A DNA stretch of 63,070 nucleotides, counting the filler, from Catajapyx aquilonaris (taxonomy: Eukaryota), in assembly GCA_000934665.2 (NCBI GenBank). It is 3 parts of 3 records of this genome, joined end to end, with 100 filler letters (N's around TTAATTAATTAA, not from the genome) between each part and the next. Parts side by side here need not be neighbours in the genome. Positions count along the whole stretch, not along the records: positions 42,016 to 63,070 come from JYFJ02006177.1; 2 more parts are not named here. One strand, given 5' to 3'. The position numbers and the translations under genes are program-made. How positions within the stretch are numbered: the first letter of the stretch is position 1; the number at the start of each line of letters is the position of its first letter. Positions 45,501 through 60,446 of the stretch are shown here, in pieces. The notes beneath the pieces were generated by a model that was not told where the DNA came from, searched no databases, and worked only from the letters and a program-made list of their open reading frames with translations.

Positions 45501-48500
45501 TGGCTCTGCGGCACTAAGGCGGAATCAGGAACTGCACATGTACCATGTTCATGTTACATTCTTGCCGTACTGCAGAGCAGCCACTTCCGTGTTGCCGAAA
45601 ACATTTGGCTCTCGTCTCCCTAGATTGCTGTAACTCTCCGCACAACATGTTCACCATGTTGTCTCTTTCACTCATTGAACTACACTCAGCAGAATGGAAC
45701 GCATATTTTGCTGACGTATTTATCTGAAAATTCATACCTATTATTTTATGAACAATAAAGTGAATATGCTTTCCATTCGTGCCTATCAGTAGTTCTTCAT
45801 GCACTTCTAACCATGTAAAATAGTGCATTTAGTGTGAATTTGTTATTGTTGGTGCAGCTAGAAAACCATGTACTGTCCTGTGTTTTGTACGAGTAGCACC
45901 ATAGAATGAACTTTTCACTAGTCGGACAAGCACTAAGCAGGTGTCATGGACATACAGACACTTTTACCGGCAGAGACTTGCTTAGCTGTTTATTGAATGC
46001 ATAGTGATTTTTTTATTTTCTTTACGATTAGCTTTTGGCTAGTGACCGGAAAATCATGCGGAGAGATGTAGTTTTTAGCTTAGCTTTAGGGAAAAAGTGA
46101 TTTACGGACTATCACTTACAGCTGGGATATTTGAGACCTGTCCCCTGCAAAGTACTGTACCTCTCAAATTCAATATGTGTAGTGCAGATGAAATCGTGAT
46201 GAATTCTACTTGGTGGCGATACTTTGGGCAATACATAGCTTCTGACGATGTTGCCAGTGCCGCTTGGTTGATTTTTCTCAATCAAGATTTTATCTGTACC
46301 GATGTATTCCAATGCAACTTACACACTGTCCAATCCCTATCTCACTGACTTTGTGAGACAGTTAGCACCACAGAAACCAGCATGACAATAGGTGACGTAA
46401 CTACCCCCAAACACTCATCCTGGTCTCGTCAGGTGCTACCGAGTGGAATACATGTTTGTTTTGTGTTTACAAAATACTCACTTTTTCTGGTGTGGGCAGC
46501 AAATTTCACAATCGTAACCCCTTCAATTGGATAACTGCTACGTGGTGTGTCCTACAATCTTGTGACGTCAACTCTTTTCTGAAAAAAAAGTGGATTGTTC
46601 AATATATTTCCTTGCCCTCCCCTCTGCAAACTGTTACTTGTGTGTCAAAAGTCGCTTAATGACGAATTTTCTCTGGACAACCCCCGAACTTTTCTGACTT
46701 TTCCTCTTCTCTGCTTTTGATCATTGTTACTGTATCGCATATGATATCCGAATTTTTATTCCACTTTTTTGCATGTTTTTTTTTTTCGCTACCACATCAG
46801 CAACATTTTCAATTTTTGACTGTTTGCATGGTGCTGGGGATTTGTCGGATCTCAAATGAAAAAGATCATATCGACGACATTCAATGCTTGTGAGACTCGT
46901 ACTGCTTTTATTACCCAAGTTATTTAAATTTCAGAGTGTCCATGTAATTTGACATTGCGACTTTTTCATTTGAGGATTTCGATGCATAACTCATGCTCTC
47001 AGATCTCATCAACACCTGTGTACTTTTTTTGGGAAGCGAAACAATTTTTAAAAATAAACCTGCACTACTCTTTTTATTAAGCACACATTGTTTCTCTATC
47101 TACAAAACGAATGTTGGGTTGGCTTAACTGGGAACGGACGAGCCTTTTTCAATGTGCACGAGTCTTATGCAAGACTTAAACAGAGTTGGCCTTTTCCCCT
47201 CTTTTGCCCAGCAGTGTGTTTGCCACACTTTCCATATCCCTGCATAAAATCAAACCCAACTGTAAGGGACCAGAAATAAGGTCAAAGGTCAGGGTGGGTT
47301 GGGTGGGACTAATGGCCTGTTTGCCCATGGTCTGCACTTGCTTGCACAAACAGCCTTTATATGAATGTGGTTATGTGTGGCTGGATCAGAAAGAATGATT
47401 GCGTCAAGTTGCGTGCCTGGAATTCGTTCTCTAGTCATTGTTCGCTTTGTCGTTTTTGGCTTCAATGTATTGAGCAGCAGTAGGATTGAGCCACTCTGTC
47501 GGAATGCCAGAATATTGTGTGCCACTGGTTTGCCGACCTTACTGCCAACCAAAATTGCCGTGAAAGTTTGCCCATTACCATCGTAACGTATCGGATTAAT
47601 GCAAGATGAAATGCAATAAGCTCGAGATGTTGCTGTAGCATGCAGCGTAAATGTCACGTACACTTTGTCACATAAATTCACATGACTTTTGCTGCATAGT
47701 TGCCGACATCAGTGGCGCACTTGAAAACTGGTTGTAAATCAAAAAGTGGCTGGCAGCATGGCTTTTGAATAGTTAGTCGAATCAGTTTTTTTCTCTGACG
47801 TGGTTTACTAACTGGCTCTCTTTTTTTTTTGTTTTCTCTCTCTCCTGCGCTCCAGACAAACTTGACAGTTCATTTTCAAGGTCTAGAAGCTCTAGTATGT
47901 CTAGCCTAGAGAATATCAGCTCGGAAGCAATACAGTGCCTGGTCTTCACTGACTCTTTTACTAAAAAGAATGGTAGGTTGCCATGAATTAATTCCGTAAT
48001 GCGAATGACACTTCTGACTTTGCGTTTAATGTGTTGTTTCGGCAGACTCAGTTATTTCCCCAACTCTGTGGGTTGGAACCAGCCTCGGTTCGGTCATCAC
48101 AATTGCTGTGAATGTTGCTGCTGGCGATGTGCGTCAGACTCAACCTGCCAATGTGGCTCCAAGTGGTACGTATGTAATTTAGCTGCAAATATAGCCTGAT
48201 GCGCTAGTGTCAGAATGTTGACAGCAATTAACTGGATTCACCTCTTTACTTAGGAACCATATTCAGGTTGAAGGGTCCGACTTTGTGCCTGGCTTTCCTC
48301 GACTGCAATGGTGGTCTGGTGAGCAATCTTTTTGAGGCGTGGAGGGATGAAAGCAGGGAGCCCAAGGAGCGATCACGTAAGTCACGTATCATTCAATATC
48401 AGGCCTGATTTTTAATTGTCATCTCTTGTGAGCCAGGCACGCCAACCAAGACGACGTCAAGCTCTTCAAACAGCAGCCCCGGCTCTTTGGAGCAGGCGGC

Positions 48501-51500
48501 CTGCGACCCACAGTCGCTGATCATTGTGTCTGAAAAGCAGGCTCGCGTCGTGGCCTTACCTTCCCAGACCTGCATCTTCAAGCAGCAACTCTGCGACACT
48601 GCCTTCGTCATCAAGGCTGAGGTGATCAGCTTCAAAGGTAAAGTTTGCATACGATTTATAGGCCTAATAATGGTTGAACCCACTTTACCATGAAGTTGCC
48701 TCTCCCAATTTTTCGCAGATACCGTGTGTTTAGCATGCTACATTTCCAACGGCCACCTGAGCGCTTACAGCTTACCAAGCCTGAGACCAGTTCTTGACAT
48801 GGATTTCTTACCTCTCGCTGACCTAAGGTATGCTTGCTTTCCCCTCCCCCCCAAGCTCACTTCTTATATTTCAAAAAATCTGCTTTTCTGTGCCTAGCAT
48901 TTTACATATTTATAAATAGTAAAACATCGAGTAAAACATAGTTGGGCCAAGGAAGAGGTGGTGAATGTAAGTTGTTAGATTCAATATTTTGTGGTTTTCC
49001 TATCATAGACCGCTTCTTGCCACCAGTTTTGGGCCCTTGATTTAAGCCGTCATTCTTGATCTTTGCATTTACGTTAAGGTAGCTTTAAAATTGTTTCACC
49101 TCATGGACATATGGTGAGTTTTATTGCATTCACAAAATTAATCCCATTTAATTGGCAAATTCATTAGTCAAAATGCAATCAGTATTTCAATGTTTAATTA
49201 TGATCACCACCCCAGCTTTTTTCCTACTTTTTTTGACCTCTGCCTGCTGTCGAAGTCAGGAACTGTTTCCAATTAAATAATTAAACATACGTTTTGCATA
49301 AGTTGCTGTAATTAAAGTTCCTTCCTTGGACTCGAGGCATTGCTCACGAAGAAGGGGAAAAACGTTGGCGTGTGACTGTTGAGACAAGTTTTGTCGTAGT
49401 CTTTGTTTGTGTGTGTGTCTCTCACAGTGTCCGTGAAACTTGTGAAACAACACAATAACAACTAACATGAATACAGTTGCAGTTTTAAATATAAAGCAGT
49501 TATATAACAAGTAATATTCCTTGGTAAGGAAATCAAAAGAGAAGATGGGAGATTTCAGTTTAATTCGGTGACGAAATCAAATTTTTTTGCACTTTTACCA
49601 TCAACTGCGTAAGAATTAAAATATATAAGTTTATGCCGTGAATTTTATTAACCATGTAGGTACTACTACAAAGATTTGCCAACTAATATTTTAATGTAGT
49701 TTCACTTCCACCTTCTCATTTAATGAAGTAAGCACGTCATTCGAAGTACGTACCAAGGAGTAGTACGTAGTTGTGTGTACGTGGGAGTGTGTGTATGTGT
49801 GTGCAGCCACACTTTCAGGTGCTACACTATTGTTGTGTTATACTGCCTGCCAAGGACTAACAAATAATATTATTAACCAAAAAAAAAAAAAAAAATGTTT
49901 GAGAAACTATCCAAATAACTACATAGTGGACATCCCAACTCTATCTTTCCTCCCTGACAGTTTCCAGACTGCGAAACAGGGCATTGTAGACCCCATGTTA
50001 GCCATTTGGGGCCAGCAGATGTTTGTAAATGAGGACACAGATCAGTAAGTTCAACACATGCAGACAGAACATGAACGATATCTATGACCTGATTGGAACA
50101 TGTAGAATCACAAAGAGAGCGGGAGGGCAGCACAGAGAAGGCCTCCAAATAAAACGCTCCCAAAAAAAAAATAATACATTTAACGAGTGGCCTTGTGTTG
50201 TAATTAAATGGCAAGTGGCAGGCCAAAAACGGTTTATTCAATGTTTGTTGTGATATGTGCGTCAGTGTGGATGTATTTTTTATTTTTTTTGAAGTGGTTT
50301 CCTAGCCCCCTCTTGTTTCTAGTGTGTTGTGTGTGTACGTCCTTGTGTGTCTTTTTTACGATACATCACCTTGGTTTTTGGCCTGATCACCACTTTTTTA
50401 TTATATATATATATGCTATCACACAGCCATGGCTGCCGTCTCTTTTCTCACTCCTTTACTTCCAATTGGTTATGTGCCTGAAAATGAAAGGTACGGTTAC
50501 TGACCAAAACTTGAAAAACAGGACATCTGAGCTGCCCTCAGACTGGTCTCCGACCCAAAAAAAAAAAAAAAAAGCACACAATAAGATGCACGTACTTAAA
50601 TAGCACAAAACTGCCCAAGTTCGTGACATTGCTATGGTGGAAAGAAAAGTCTTGTTTGATTGTTCTGTGACTTGCGACATGTGCCTGCTTGCCTGTCACG
50701 TTGTGTGAGCAAGTGCTTGTGGGATGCTACAACATTGCACTGCATCGTGTCGGAGCATTTTTGATTGCATGTGCCTCTTTTTTCGTGGTGAACGGACTTT
50801 TTTTTTTTTCAGTTGTGTTTCCCCTTTTAGGTTTGTTACTCAAGTACTTCCGATCTGGATTACATAATCTCTCTGATAGAGTGCACATGAGATTAATTAC
50901 TCCGTAGTTTGGAATGTGATTTTAGGATATATCTCTTCTTTTGGACTGTTTCCATATCTTCAAAACGTGTTCTCTTCTCTAGGGAACCTCTCGAATGCAG
51001 CTAGTCCTTTTGTAGTGACCGGAGTAGTCACTGATAGAATACTTTCAATAGACACTTTCTCTTTCATCTTCTCTCCAACTAATAATAAGGATGTCAATGA
51101 TTTGGGACATATATTTCAATCAGCATGAATACATTGGACAAATCGTTTTTTGCACACATTTTATTATTTTACAAGTTAATGGCTAATGGCCAACTAATTT
51201 ATACGTACCCTAAAGGCAACAATTGCTAACTATTATTATCATCCAAAGAACCCTTTTATGTCAAAATTTTAGAAACATTACTGTATGTTGTGTGACAAAA
51301 GTAATTATTAGCTCGTTAGTTGCTTCCAAGTAATCTATGCTGATCAACGCATTTTATGACCAATTGACATCCCTAATTACTCCTCAAGTGTTAACCTCTG
51401 AATTGATAAAACTATTATTTCCTTGCCGTTGAAGCCAGCTTGCGCATTGGTAACAAAACTTGCATCTACTTTCAAACCGAACTGATTCAACGATATGGCA

Positions 51501-53449
51501 TGTTCACTCGACTGAAACTCGGGATCCATTTTAATTTTTTTCATCCTTTTAAAAACTTTTCTGTCTGATATTTAACTTTGTGTTTCTGTTATCTCTCTGA
51601 TTTGATGGTTTTTGTTTCTTCATCTTTTTTTTTTTACGGTGATTATCTTACTCTTGGAGGCATTTGCATGATGCTATGCTGTATCCCACCTGTTGAACAC
51701 CCCACTGAAACAAAAAATGCACTGAGCTATATCTCTCTTTTTTCAATATACCAACCAAGCATTGAAACTCTCCTGAACGAACATTCTTGCACCACCTGTA
51801 AATAAAAACGGTGATGAAAACAGAATGACACCTGCACAAATAAGAGCCCCAGGTTTTATTCTACTCTCCCCTTTTTTATATCTCGCCTGGAATATGTTTT
51901 TCAATATTATATTGAATCATATGGACCTTTTTTCTCTCCTACATTTGGAAAAAAAAAAATCATCCTGTGAATCCCCAACGTTTATATGTGCGTGTGTGCC
52001 ATTTTCGGCGTAAGTTTATTTAACTTGTTAATCCCTTAATGTTTTTTTTTATCCCATACCTGAGGGACTCTGCATGACCATTATTACTGTACCCATGATA
52101 TGTGTCCCAGCAAGAGTTGGTCACCTTGCTGTAGCCTCTTTAAATGATGTAAGGTCCTGTTGGTTTTATTTACAAAATGAAACCCTCACAGAAGAGGGCT
52201 GTACGTACGTGTATACCAGCCAGAGAGAAGTTTCTTATTGGTACCTATCTTTGTCAATGTTGGGTGGCATTTGTTGCCGCTGCTCTTGTGTCATGTTGAT
52301 GTACCCACGATAATAATCTAGGAAAGTATGATAGATTTGGTAACTCAGTTCAGTGTTAGATCATTTAATGCCATCCGTAAAATAACTAGTTATTAAGGAT
52401 CGTAACTGAATTTAGGACGCAGTGTTGTAGTAACAGTTTGAGATTATTTATTCGAGCTAGATGGCAATCTGTAATAACTACGTACGTTTTATGATTAGTT
52501 TATGCAAAAAAAAATTAAGGCAGTACTTTATTTTATGGATGGCTTTTCTCAGAAGAACAGGAAGATTGGCCATGTATTTAATTACTAATGTTTAAAAAAT
52601 AATAATTTGTTGATCACTGCTGGGAATATGTTGGCATCTCTTGATCCACAGTTCAAGTCTCTTTTTATAGTGTCATTGTTTAGTCATGGTAGAAGAGGTG
52701 TTATTAGTACAGAGAAAAATAGCTGAGAAGCCAAAGAGAAGTCAACCAACAAGCTCGTCCCCACCAAAAATGTTGGCTTTTTTTCCGCCGATCAAGTAAA
52801 CGAATGACAAGCCCTCTGCTCTGCTTCTGGTTTCAGGATAGCAAGGACATTCTGCTTTAGTAACTATGGGCATGGGATTTTCCTCTGCTCTCCAAGTGAA
52901 ATTCAGAAATTCTCCCTCTCTGCTGACTTCTGGTGAGTATTCACGCGGTACGGAGACGGAATGTATGATTCACACTGGTTTTATTGTCACGCAGCAACAA
53001 CCTGAACGAAATGATTGGAGAACTGTTCTTGCCTTGTGACATGCCTGAGCCACCGAAAGAGAGCTTCTTCAAGGGGCTTTTTGGTGGTGGAGTTCGCTCT
53101 CTGGATAGGGAAGAGCTCTGTGAGTACAACTTGCGTTAGATCCATCATAAACGCGAACTGAATATTAACTGCATTTGTGATTCAAGTTGGAGAGTCGAGT
53201 GGACGAGCTTCCCGAACAGTGGCCAAGCACATCCCGGGTCCTTCGGCCAATGTGGAGCACCTGAACATGCGGGCCAACACGCTGAGTGGCGAGATGGCTC
53301 GGGTTCGGATGGCCGCCGTCGAACGAGGGGAGAAGCTGCAGAAGGTGGAAGAATCATCGGAAAGGATGATGAGGGATTCGGAAAACTTCAAGGATACTGC
53401 CCATCAGCTGATGCTGAAATACAAGGACAAGAAGTGGTACCAGCTCTGA
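42511..53449 (+). CDS. STXBP5: Tomosyn / syntaxin-binding protein 5, 3' half (alternative exons 42511-43504 or 44899-45118; then 47856-47972, 48046-48165, 48254-48376, 48437-48637, 48719-48827, cassette 49961-50044, 52837-52932, 52995-53119, 53187-53449)
   Basis: KLDSSFSRSRSSSMSSLEN, PTLWVGTSLG, SEKQARVVALPSQ, IARTFCFSN, MPEPPKESFFKGLFGGG and the R-SNARE end ERGEKL...LKYKDKKWYQL. The N-terminal WD40 exons are not on this contig, and the boundaries of the two upstream exons are less certain. Confidence 0.92.
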
Positions 53450-56400
53450 AGAGGAGGACACATCCGGCTGAGGAGAGAAGGGCCTCAAAAAGTTCTTTAT
53501 GAGTTCTTAACATCAGCACCGCAATGGTCTCTTGGCTGAGGATGAGGGTTATTTGGTCGCCTCCCCCCTCCCCCCCCCTCCACAACACAGATCTATGGAA
53601 AGAGTCACAACACCACCACACGAAGCACAAGCACACACAAAAGGTCGTGTGTTTTTAATCCCTTTCTTCTTCAAATATCATAGGTCTGGATATAGGCAAA
53701 TGGACCAGTGAGGTGAGAGGTCAGGGGTCCTCACAAGATTGGGGCAGAGAGAGAGAGAGAGAGAGAGAAACTTGGCCGCATATACATAAATAAACGGGCG
53801 CGGTTTTTTCCAATAATGGGGATGAGATGATGACGTATTTTCTCTCTTTTTTATCGTTTATTTGTTCCTGCCCCAATAGTTTAAACCCTGACTGGTGCCA
53901 TTTCTGTTGGTATACAGGGATAGGTGTTGTACATATACAGAATTGTTGGTTGTTTTCTTGTTTTTTTTTTTTCTTTTTCGGGAGAGTTGCTGATTCCATC
54001 GTTGAAAAAAAAATAAATCTTAAAAATCGCTGTATGAAACGTAGTTGTAACTAGGCAATATATTTAACTGGTCATTTTCCTAACCGGGGATTGTTCGATA
54101 CTGAAGTCTTTTTTGTAGCTCAACTTTGTACGCACGAAAAAGAGGTAAATTTTATTCTGCGGGTGTTTTGTACAGTTAAGTTTTTTCCCTTGTGAAGAGT
54201 GATTAAATGAAAGGTCCTTGTGCATCGTGGTTGTGGATAACAGTGAATATTGCAATAGGTTTGTCACTTTACCTGTGGTTTTGCTTTAAAATCAATTCAT
54301 GTCAATGTACGACTGTACTTGAAGCAATTTGTTCGCATCTCGTTAGTAATAATGTCGACACGGTGAAGCTGCAAAAGATAACTGGTATTGTTAATGTGAC
54401 ATTTTTGGAAGAAGCAATACATGAAAATTGTTTCCCAGCTCTTGTCAAAAACCATTTTAAAATGTGCAAGTTGAAAAAATATTTTTGAGAACATATTATG
54501 GAGTTGGTGGAAATGTTAAAATAATCTGGTAAAGTGAGCTCTAATGCAAAGTACTGTTACTCATGATCGCAATGGTGTAAAGGTTTCTTCCATTTACTCA
54601 CCCTTCCGAACCCGTTCTACTGCACAATTATCATCCGTGACATGATGATTCAACTGTACACAATTTGAGCTGAGAAAAGACTTGGGCATCATTTGGAGAA
54701 GACTGATAAGGATTCGAGTCATTCCAATAATAAATGACGTGAGTTCAGGGAGGATTTTGAAGAAGAAAAAAATTTAAGTCAACTGCTGGTACTTAACATG
54801 TTATTATTGTGGGTTTGTTATATATATATTTTTTAGTTTATAGTTGCCCATTTCTCATACTTCATGTGACATGTTTCAAACTTCTGGAGGCAAGGGAGAA
54901 AGACGGAAGCGGAAAAAAATATAATAATAAGGTCGCTCTCTTTTTGACTGTGATGATTGTTGCTGTAGTTATTTTTGTTGTTCCATGCAGTTTTCTTCGT
55001 GTCTTGATTAGTTATAACGGTAGCAACAATTGGTAAAAATATAAATTATGCCCAGCAATGTGTAATGTACAGAGTGTATACCACGTGTAGAAATGAGCAT
55101 ATAAATATATACATGAATATATATGAGTATATATATATATATAAAAAAGTTGAACCATGATGTAAAGATACCAAAGATTCTTTAGACCTGTACGTATTCT
55201 ATTAACTTGTTATATGTAAGACGGAGAAAAAGGCGGACGGCAAAAAAAAAAAAAACTACTGAGCATTATGGTACTTCCACAATGAGGAAAGTATGGACCC
55301 AAAAAAAAAAATATAATATGCATTGTTGATGGTTTCAAAAGCTCTATTGAGTCTGTACCTGGTTGTAATATTATTTTTAAACGCAGTTTAAGTCACTTGT
55401 TACCATTAGTTTCCTCTTGTAAATGAGTTTTTCCGTGGGAGAAAAAAAAAAAGACATGTGTGTTCAAGTGTTATCAAAAAACATCCGTTTAACATTTCCA
55501 CGCAAAAAGTAACAATAATAATTTTTCCCACACATTTCTACTTCAGAAGGTGCTAACGAGAGTATGTTGTTACAAGTCACATGGGGATCTTAAGTCATTG
55601 TAACGGACCAGTTTTGATCAACTTTTCTCAGTGATTATTAATACCTAAAATACCTATTACTAATAGTCGGAGGTGTCATAGCCTGGCGAGTTTTAAAAGC
55701 AACAACTCACAGTGCAGTAGAGGGTTAGTGTAATCAACGTTAATCCCCCCNNNNCCCCCAATACCCTCAAAACTACAATTTTTTTTTCCTCCTTCCTAAT
55801 CCGCAAGAGACTTTTGTCCCTACCCAACCCTTACCCCAAAGGACATATAACTATCACCATGTGCAGTAGAATATGTACGTATCCAGTTGTTTTGTACAGG
55901 TGCACAACAACCTCTTTCAAGTGTCAAATGGTGCAGATAATATACAGTACTTTATTGTTCTTGGATGCTAGAAGGAACATGTGATAGAGAGAAAAAAATA
56001 AAAAAAGCCCCATGGTTTTAAAAATGTAATGAAATATAGGGCAATCAGCACAGTTTTACGGGAGAGGAGTTTGGAACTGGAGCCTTTTTTAGGGAAGTTG
56101 TGTAAAAACTCCATCTCTTCAAATTGTGCCACTGTGCGTTAAAAAAAAGAATAATGGCCATGCTAATTTTTTGTGCCCACAGGAAATGGGTAATTAACGT
56201 TACATCAAGCGTAGAAGCACTAATGTAATACCCCCCTGCCTCCCCCCAAGTCGAAACTAGTTTTCAAATTGCAGAAAAAATAATGAGAAAAAAAAAAATT
56301 ATACCAGTGTGAGAGTTTCATCCGGTCCAGTGTTCTTCCAGATGTGACGCAAGAGAAGCAGAAAAAAAAAATTATAATGTAATAGTCATTATAGCACTTG

Positions 56401-57716
56401 CGTTAGTTTCTAGGTCCAGCTCTTTATACTGCTGTTGTGTCCTTTTCTCTTGTGCACTTGCGGTTGGTTTCAATGCTCTAAGGAACTTTCCCTGTGCTTT
56501 TCTTTTTTTTTTGTCTAGAGGGAGAGAAAGGGATATATATATATTTGCAATTTTCTTTTTGGGGTTGTTCATATGGAATGGTTAAATTTGTTACAGCAGG
56601 CGACTGAGCGTTTGCGGTAACAAATCTTGCTGCTTCATTTGAACAGTGTAATACTACAGACGTCCCGTTTTGCTCAAAATCAGACGCCATCGGCTGGAGC
56701 CAGGAATGAGGCAAAAAATTTGTCAGAGTGAAGAATTTATGCTTCGGTTATTTCCAAAGGGGTTGTGGGCGATTTTTTATTTATTTTTTGCTCATATTCC
56801 CCACCAATTTTTGCACATTTCATTTTAGCAATCCCGTCTCCTCATTAGTGTTTCGCCGAGCTGGAATACTTGTACAGGCTTCCCTCTTTTTTCCTTTCAA
56901 AGTGGGCCACCCCGCTACCATCCCCCCTCTTCCTCCGCTCTACTCCCATCCAACTTCCACCCGAACTCAAGGACTTTTTTGGTTGCACCTGTAGATGAAA
57001 AGGCTCGTCTAAAGCAACAACAATGAGAAGAGAAGAAGCATACATCCCAGCCCCACCAATCCCGATAACTTAATCCCTCCTCCTTTTTAAACAGAGAAAA
57101 ACTAGGCTTCTCCATGCCGTTTAGGTGGCCGTAGTTGACTATGGCTTATGTACTAAAGTATGTTCTGTATTATCGGTGAAACTCAAATACAGAAAACTGT
57201 GTACATTATTGTGGATTAGCAGCTTTCATTCATTCACCTTCCACATGCAGCGCATTTTTTGGTGTAAAGCAAGCGGGTTATTCTCCACATGGAGCAGTGA
57301 CGTTGGACGCAGTCCTATCTGTAATGAAATCCCAAGTTGGTAAGTCTCTGGATTACTCACCATCGGATTGCAACTCACTAGACAATAATTATTTTATTGC
57401 ACTTTATCATTTAACGGATTTGCTATAGTCATAGTTGTCTTGGTACAATACATCGTGCATGACATGTATTTTTGTGAGCCTGTAACTTATTGTGTGTCCA
57501 TAACTTAATGGGTGACATTCAAGAAAAAGGGTGTCAATCTTAATGTATAATGCACAACTTACACCATTCATTTCTTAAGGAGGTGTGACTGATGCGCAGG
57601 CAATGACAAAACATCAACCTTGAGGTGGAGAGAAAAATGACTTATTACTGTCGGATGTGGGCACAAATGATTTATTATGATGGCAAGAAAGAAGAAGGAA
57701 GGCAGTGTGCAGGAAA

Positions 57717-59176
57717 ATGTTTCCTGTTCAGGACGTGTTTTGGGCCTTCTCGCCCTTGGCCGGATATTCGGCCATCTTCGGATTGTGGACATGTCCACTG
57801 AGTCCCAGAAGAGAGTCGTTACGTCACATGTGGCCATTCGCTGTCAATGTGGTCATTTTTGTGGTCGGGTATTTCATAACCACTTGGATGAGACTGTCCG
57901 GACAAAAGGATAAGACCAGATCAAGTACCAACGAGATGGCAAGTTTTTACTTGTACAGAGCCGTTAATCTGATGCCTCTGATCAGTCTGCTGCTTCTCGC
58001 AAAGCAACGAGATAAAATCAGGCGGACATTTAAGAAACTGCACACTTTGGATGGGATTTGTGGAGATTTGGAGGTGAACCACTCTCTTCGGAAATTGTCG
58101 TGGAAAATTGTGCTAGTCTCTCTGGTAGACACATTGGCATTGACAGTGGGAAGTGGATATTATTTTTGCAAAGACTTTCAAATTACAGGGCTGATCCTTA
58201 CATTTGCCTTTTTTCACTTTATGTCTATCCGTGACCTGGCTGCAGGTCAACTTCTCTTTTTTGTGTCTGCTATCGGACGACGGTTTCAGCATGCTAGCGA
58301 AGAACTCGCGACGACATGCGCCTCGCTCCAAAAAGTGTTTCACTCTTCCCGAAATGAAGAAATGGCCAGGCCTGCAGATATTTGCAAGGCCACATTTGCC
58401 AAACCTGGCAAAGTTTTCTTGGATCTTTATGAGCTGAGTGCAGATGTCAACAAGACGTTTGGAATATCGACATGCATCACGTATTTGGGCATCTGCCTGG
58501 AGATTTTGTCAGCATTGTTTTTCACGATTGACAGTTGGGGAAAGGCTCCGCTCACACCCATAATGATCTTTTGTGTGAATGTAACTCTAAACATATTGAC
58601 TGTGGTCACTTACACCACTGCAATATACAATCAGAGCGAAACAGTAAGTAGTCTTTATAGTTTCCATTTTTTCCAGACTGCAAGCCACAGTCATCAGGAT
58701 ATGATCGTATGCACTGCTGTTTTACACCAAAAGCAAACAATAATTGTTCCCAAAATTCTTTGCAGACCACTCAAGCTCTGGATTGCCTGATGAAAATTCG
58801 CAAATGGAATTTGAGTCCAGAGTCTCAAGAGCAGGTCAGAAATTTCCATTCAATGCCTTTCCATTTGCATCAATACTCTTTATGCTCATAACAGGTCCAG
58901 ACCTTGGTCGAAAGGATGCTGGGCCCTCCAGTCCAGTTCACCGCAGCCAACTTCTTCACCATCAACAGAGGGCTACTCACCTCTGTAAGTGCACTTGCAA
59001 CACTTGCGCATTCTTGAGGCACAATTGGCCTGAGGGTGCATTGATCTTTTTTGCAGATCGCAGCATTTGTCACTACTTATCTGGTCATCCTGATTCAGTT
59101 CAGATCTGCTGAGAACACTACAACCTACAACAATTCCACGTTAACCTCTGTGGGAATTGGGGGCAGTAATGAATAA
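57717..59176 (+). CDS. Gustatory receptor (7tm_7 family), copy 1 (exons 57717-58643, 58766-58834, 58895-58984, 59057-59176)
   Basis: A long hydrophobic first exon, three phase-0 C-terminal introns, FTAANFFTINRGLL and the GR signature TYLVILIQF. Confidence 0.92.
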
Positions 59177-60446
59177 TTTGCTAATACCAGGTAATAATTG
59201 TTGGAGGGGGTCACCAGGATATGTGCTGAATGAAAAATCATTGAGGCTAGAGCATTCCACGTCAACTGACCCCCCTCGCCGACAAATCTTTTCCGATTTA
59301 GACCAAAACCGAGCATGTTGTACTACTCATGAACCTGACAAGGGACATTTACCGGCTGATAATGACAGATATTGATGCTAAGAGATGCTAATATATGATA
59401 ACCAAAAATGAAATATTTCGGGCTGAGGCCCATATTTGCAAAAATTATGAGGTCTTACATTGCCAAAAATAATAGTACATTTTCATACGCAGAACTACAC
59501 ATGTCACTCAACAACACACAAATGTTTCAGAGTTATTCAGGGAAATGTCATGGACAAAGTTCGTCAAGAATTCTGTTGTGTCATCAGTGCTGTAGCGCAA
59601 GACTTATTTAATTTCTGGGAAAAGGAAGAGGGTAATAAGACATCAACATTGTCACGTGGTGGCATGATTAGCACGGTTCTGACTAGTATTGTAATTTGGT
59701 TTTAAAAAATTGTTTTTTCCGAGGAAAATTGGTTTTTGTTTAGTTTTTTCCAAGACCCAGAATATTTGATGAAAAATCTACATATATTATTTACTTTCCA
59801 AATATTTTACATAGAAAATAATGAGATGAAACCTGTCGCATGAAATATTGCAATTTTTCTCATGTAAGCTCTGCCAACTTGTACACAAATGAAAAAGAAA
59901 AAAAAACTAATCATAAATTCTGGACATCACGATCGCTACTGCTTGTGCCACCATTTTTCGCTTTCCTTCCATGGAGCAGTGACGTTGTTGGATGCAGTCC
60001 TATCTGTGATAAAATCCCAAGTTGGTAAGTCTCTGGATTACTCGTCACCGGCGGATTGCAACTCACTAGACAGTAATATTATTCGATTGCACTTTATCAT
60101 TTAAGGGCTTGGCTATAGTCATAGTTGTTGTGGTACAATACATCATGCATTGGTACAATACATCATGCATGACATGTGACACCGCCTTGTTTTTGTGAGC
60201 CTGTTACTGGGTCCATAACTTAATGGGTGACATTCAGGAACATGTGTGTGACCTTCTGGCAAATGTCAATCTTAATGTATAATGCACAACTTACACCATC
60301 ATTTGCTAAGGAGGTGTCAGTGATGTGTATGCAATGACAAAACATAACGTGGAGGTGGAGAGAAAAATGCTTTATTACTGTCCGATGTGGACACAAATGA
60401 TTTATTATGGTGGCAAGAAAGAATAAGGAAGGCAGTGTGCAGGAAA

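Noticed and set aside
58644..58790. Extension of the 361-aa GR ORF past 58643
   Set aside because: It is read-through into intron 1; the spliced model restores the conserved GR C-terminus.
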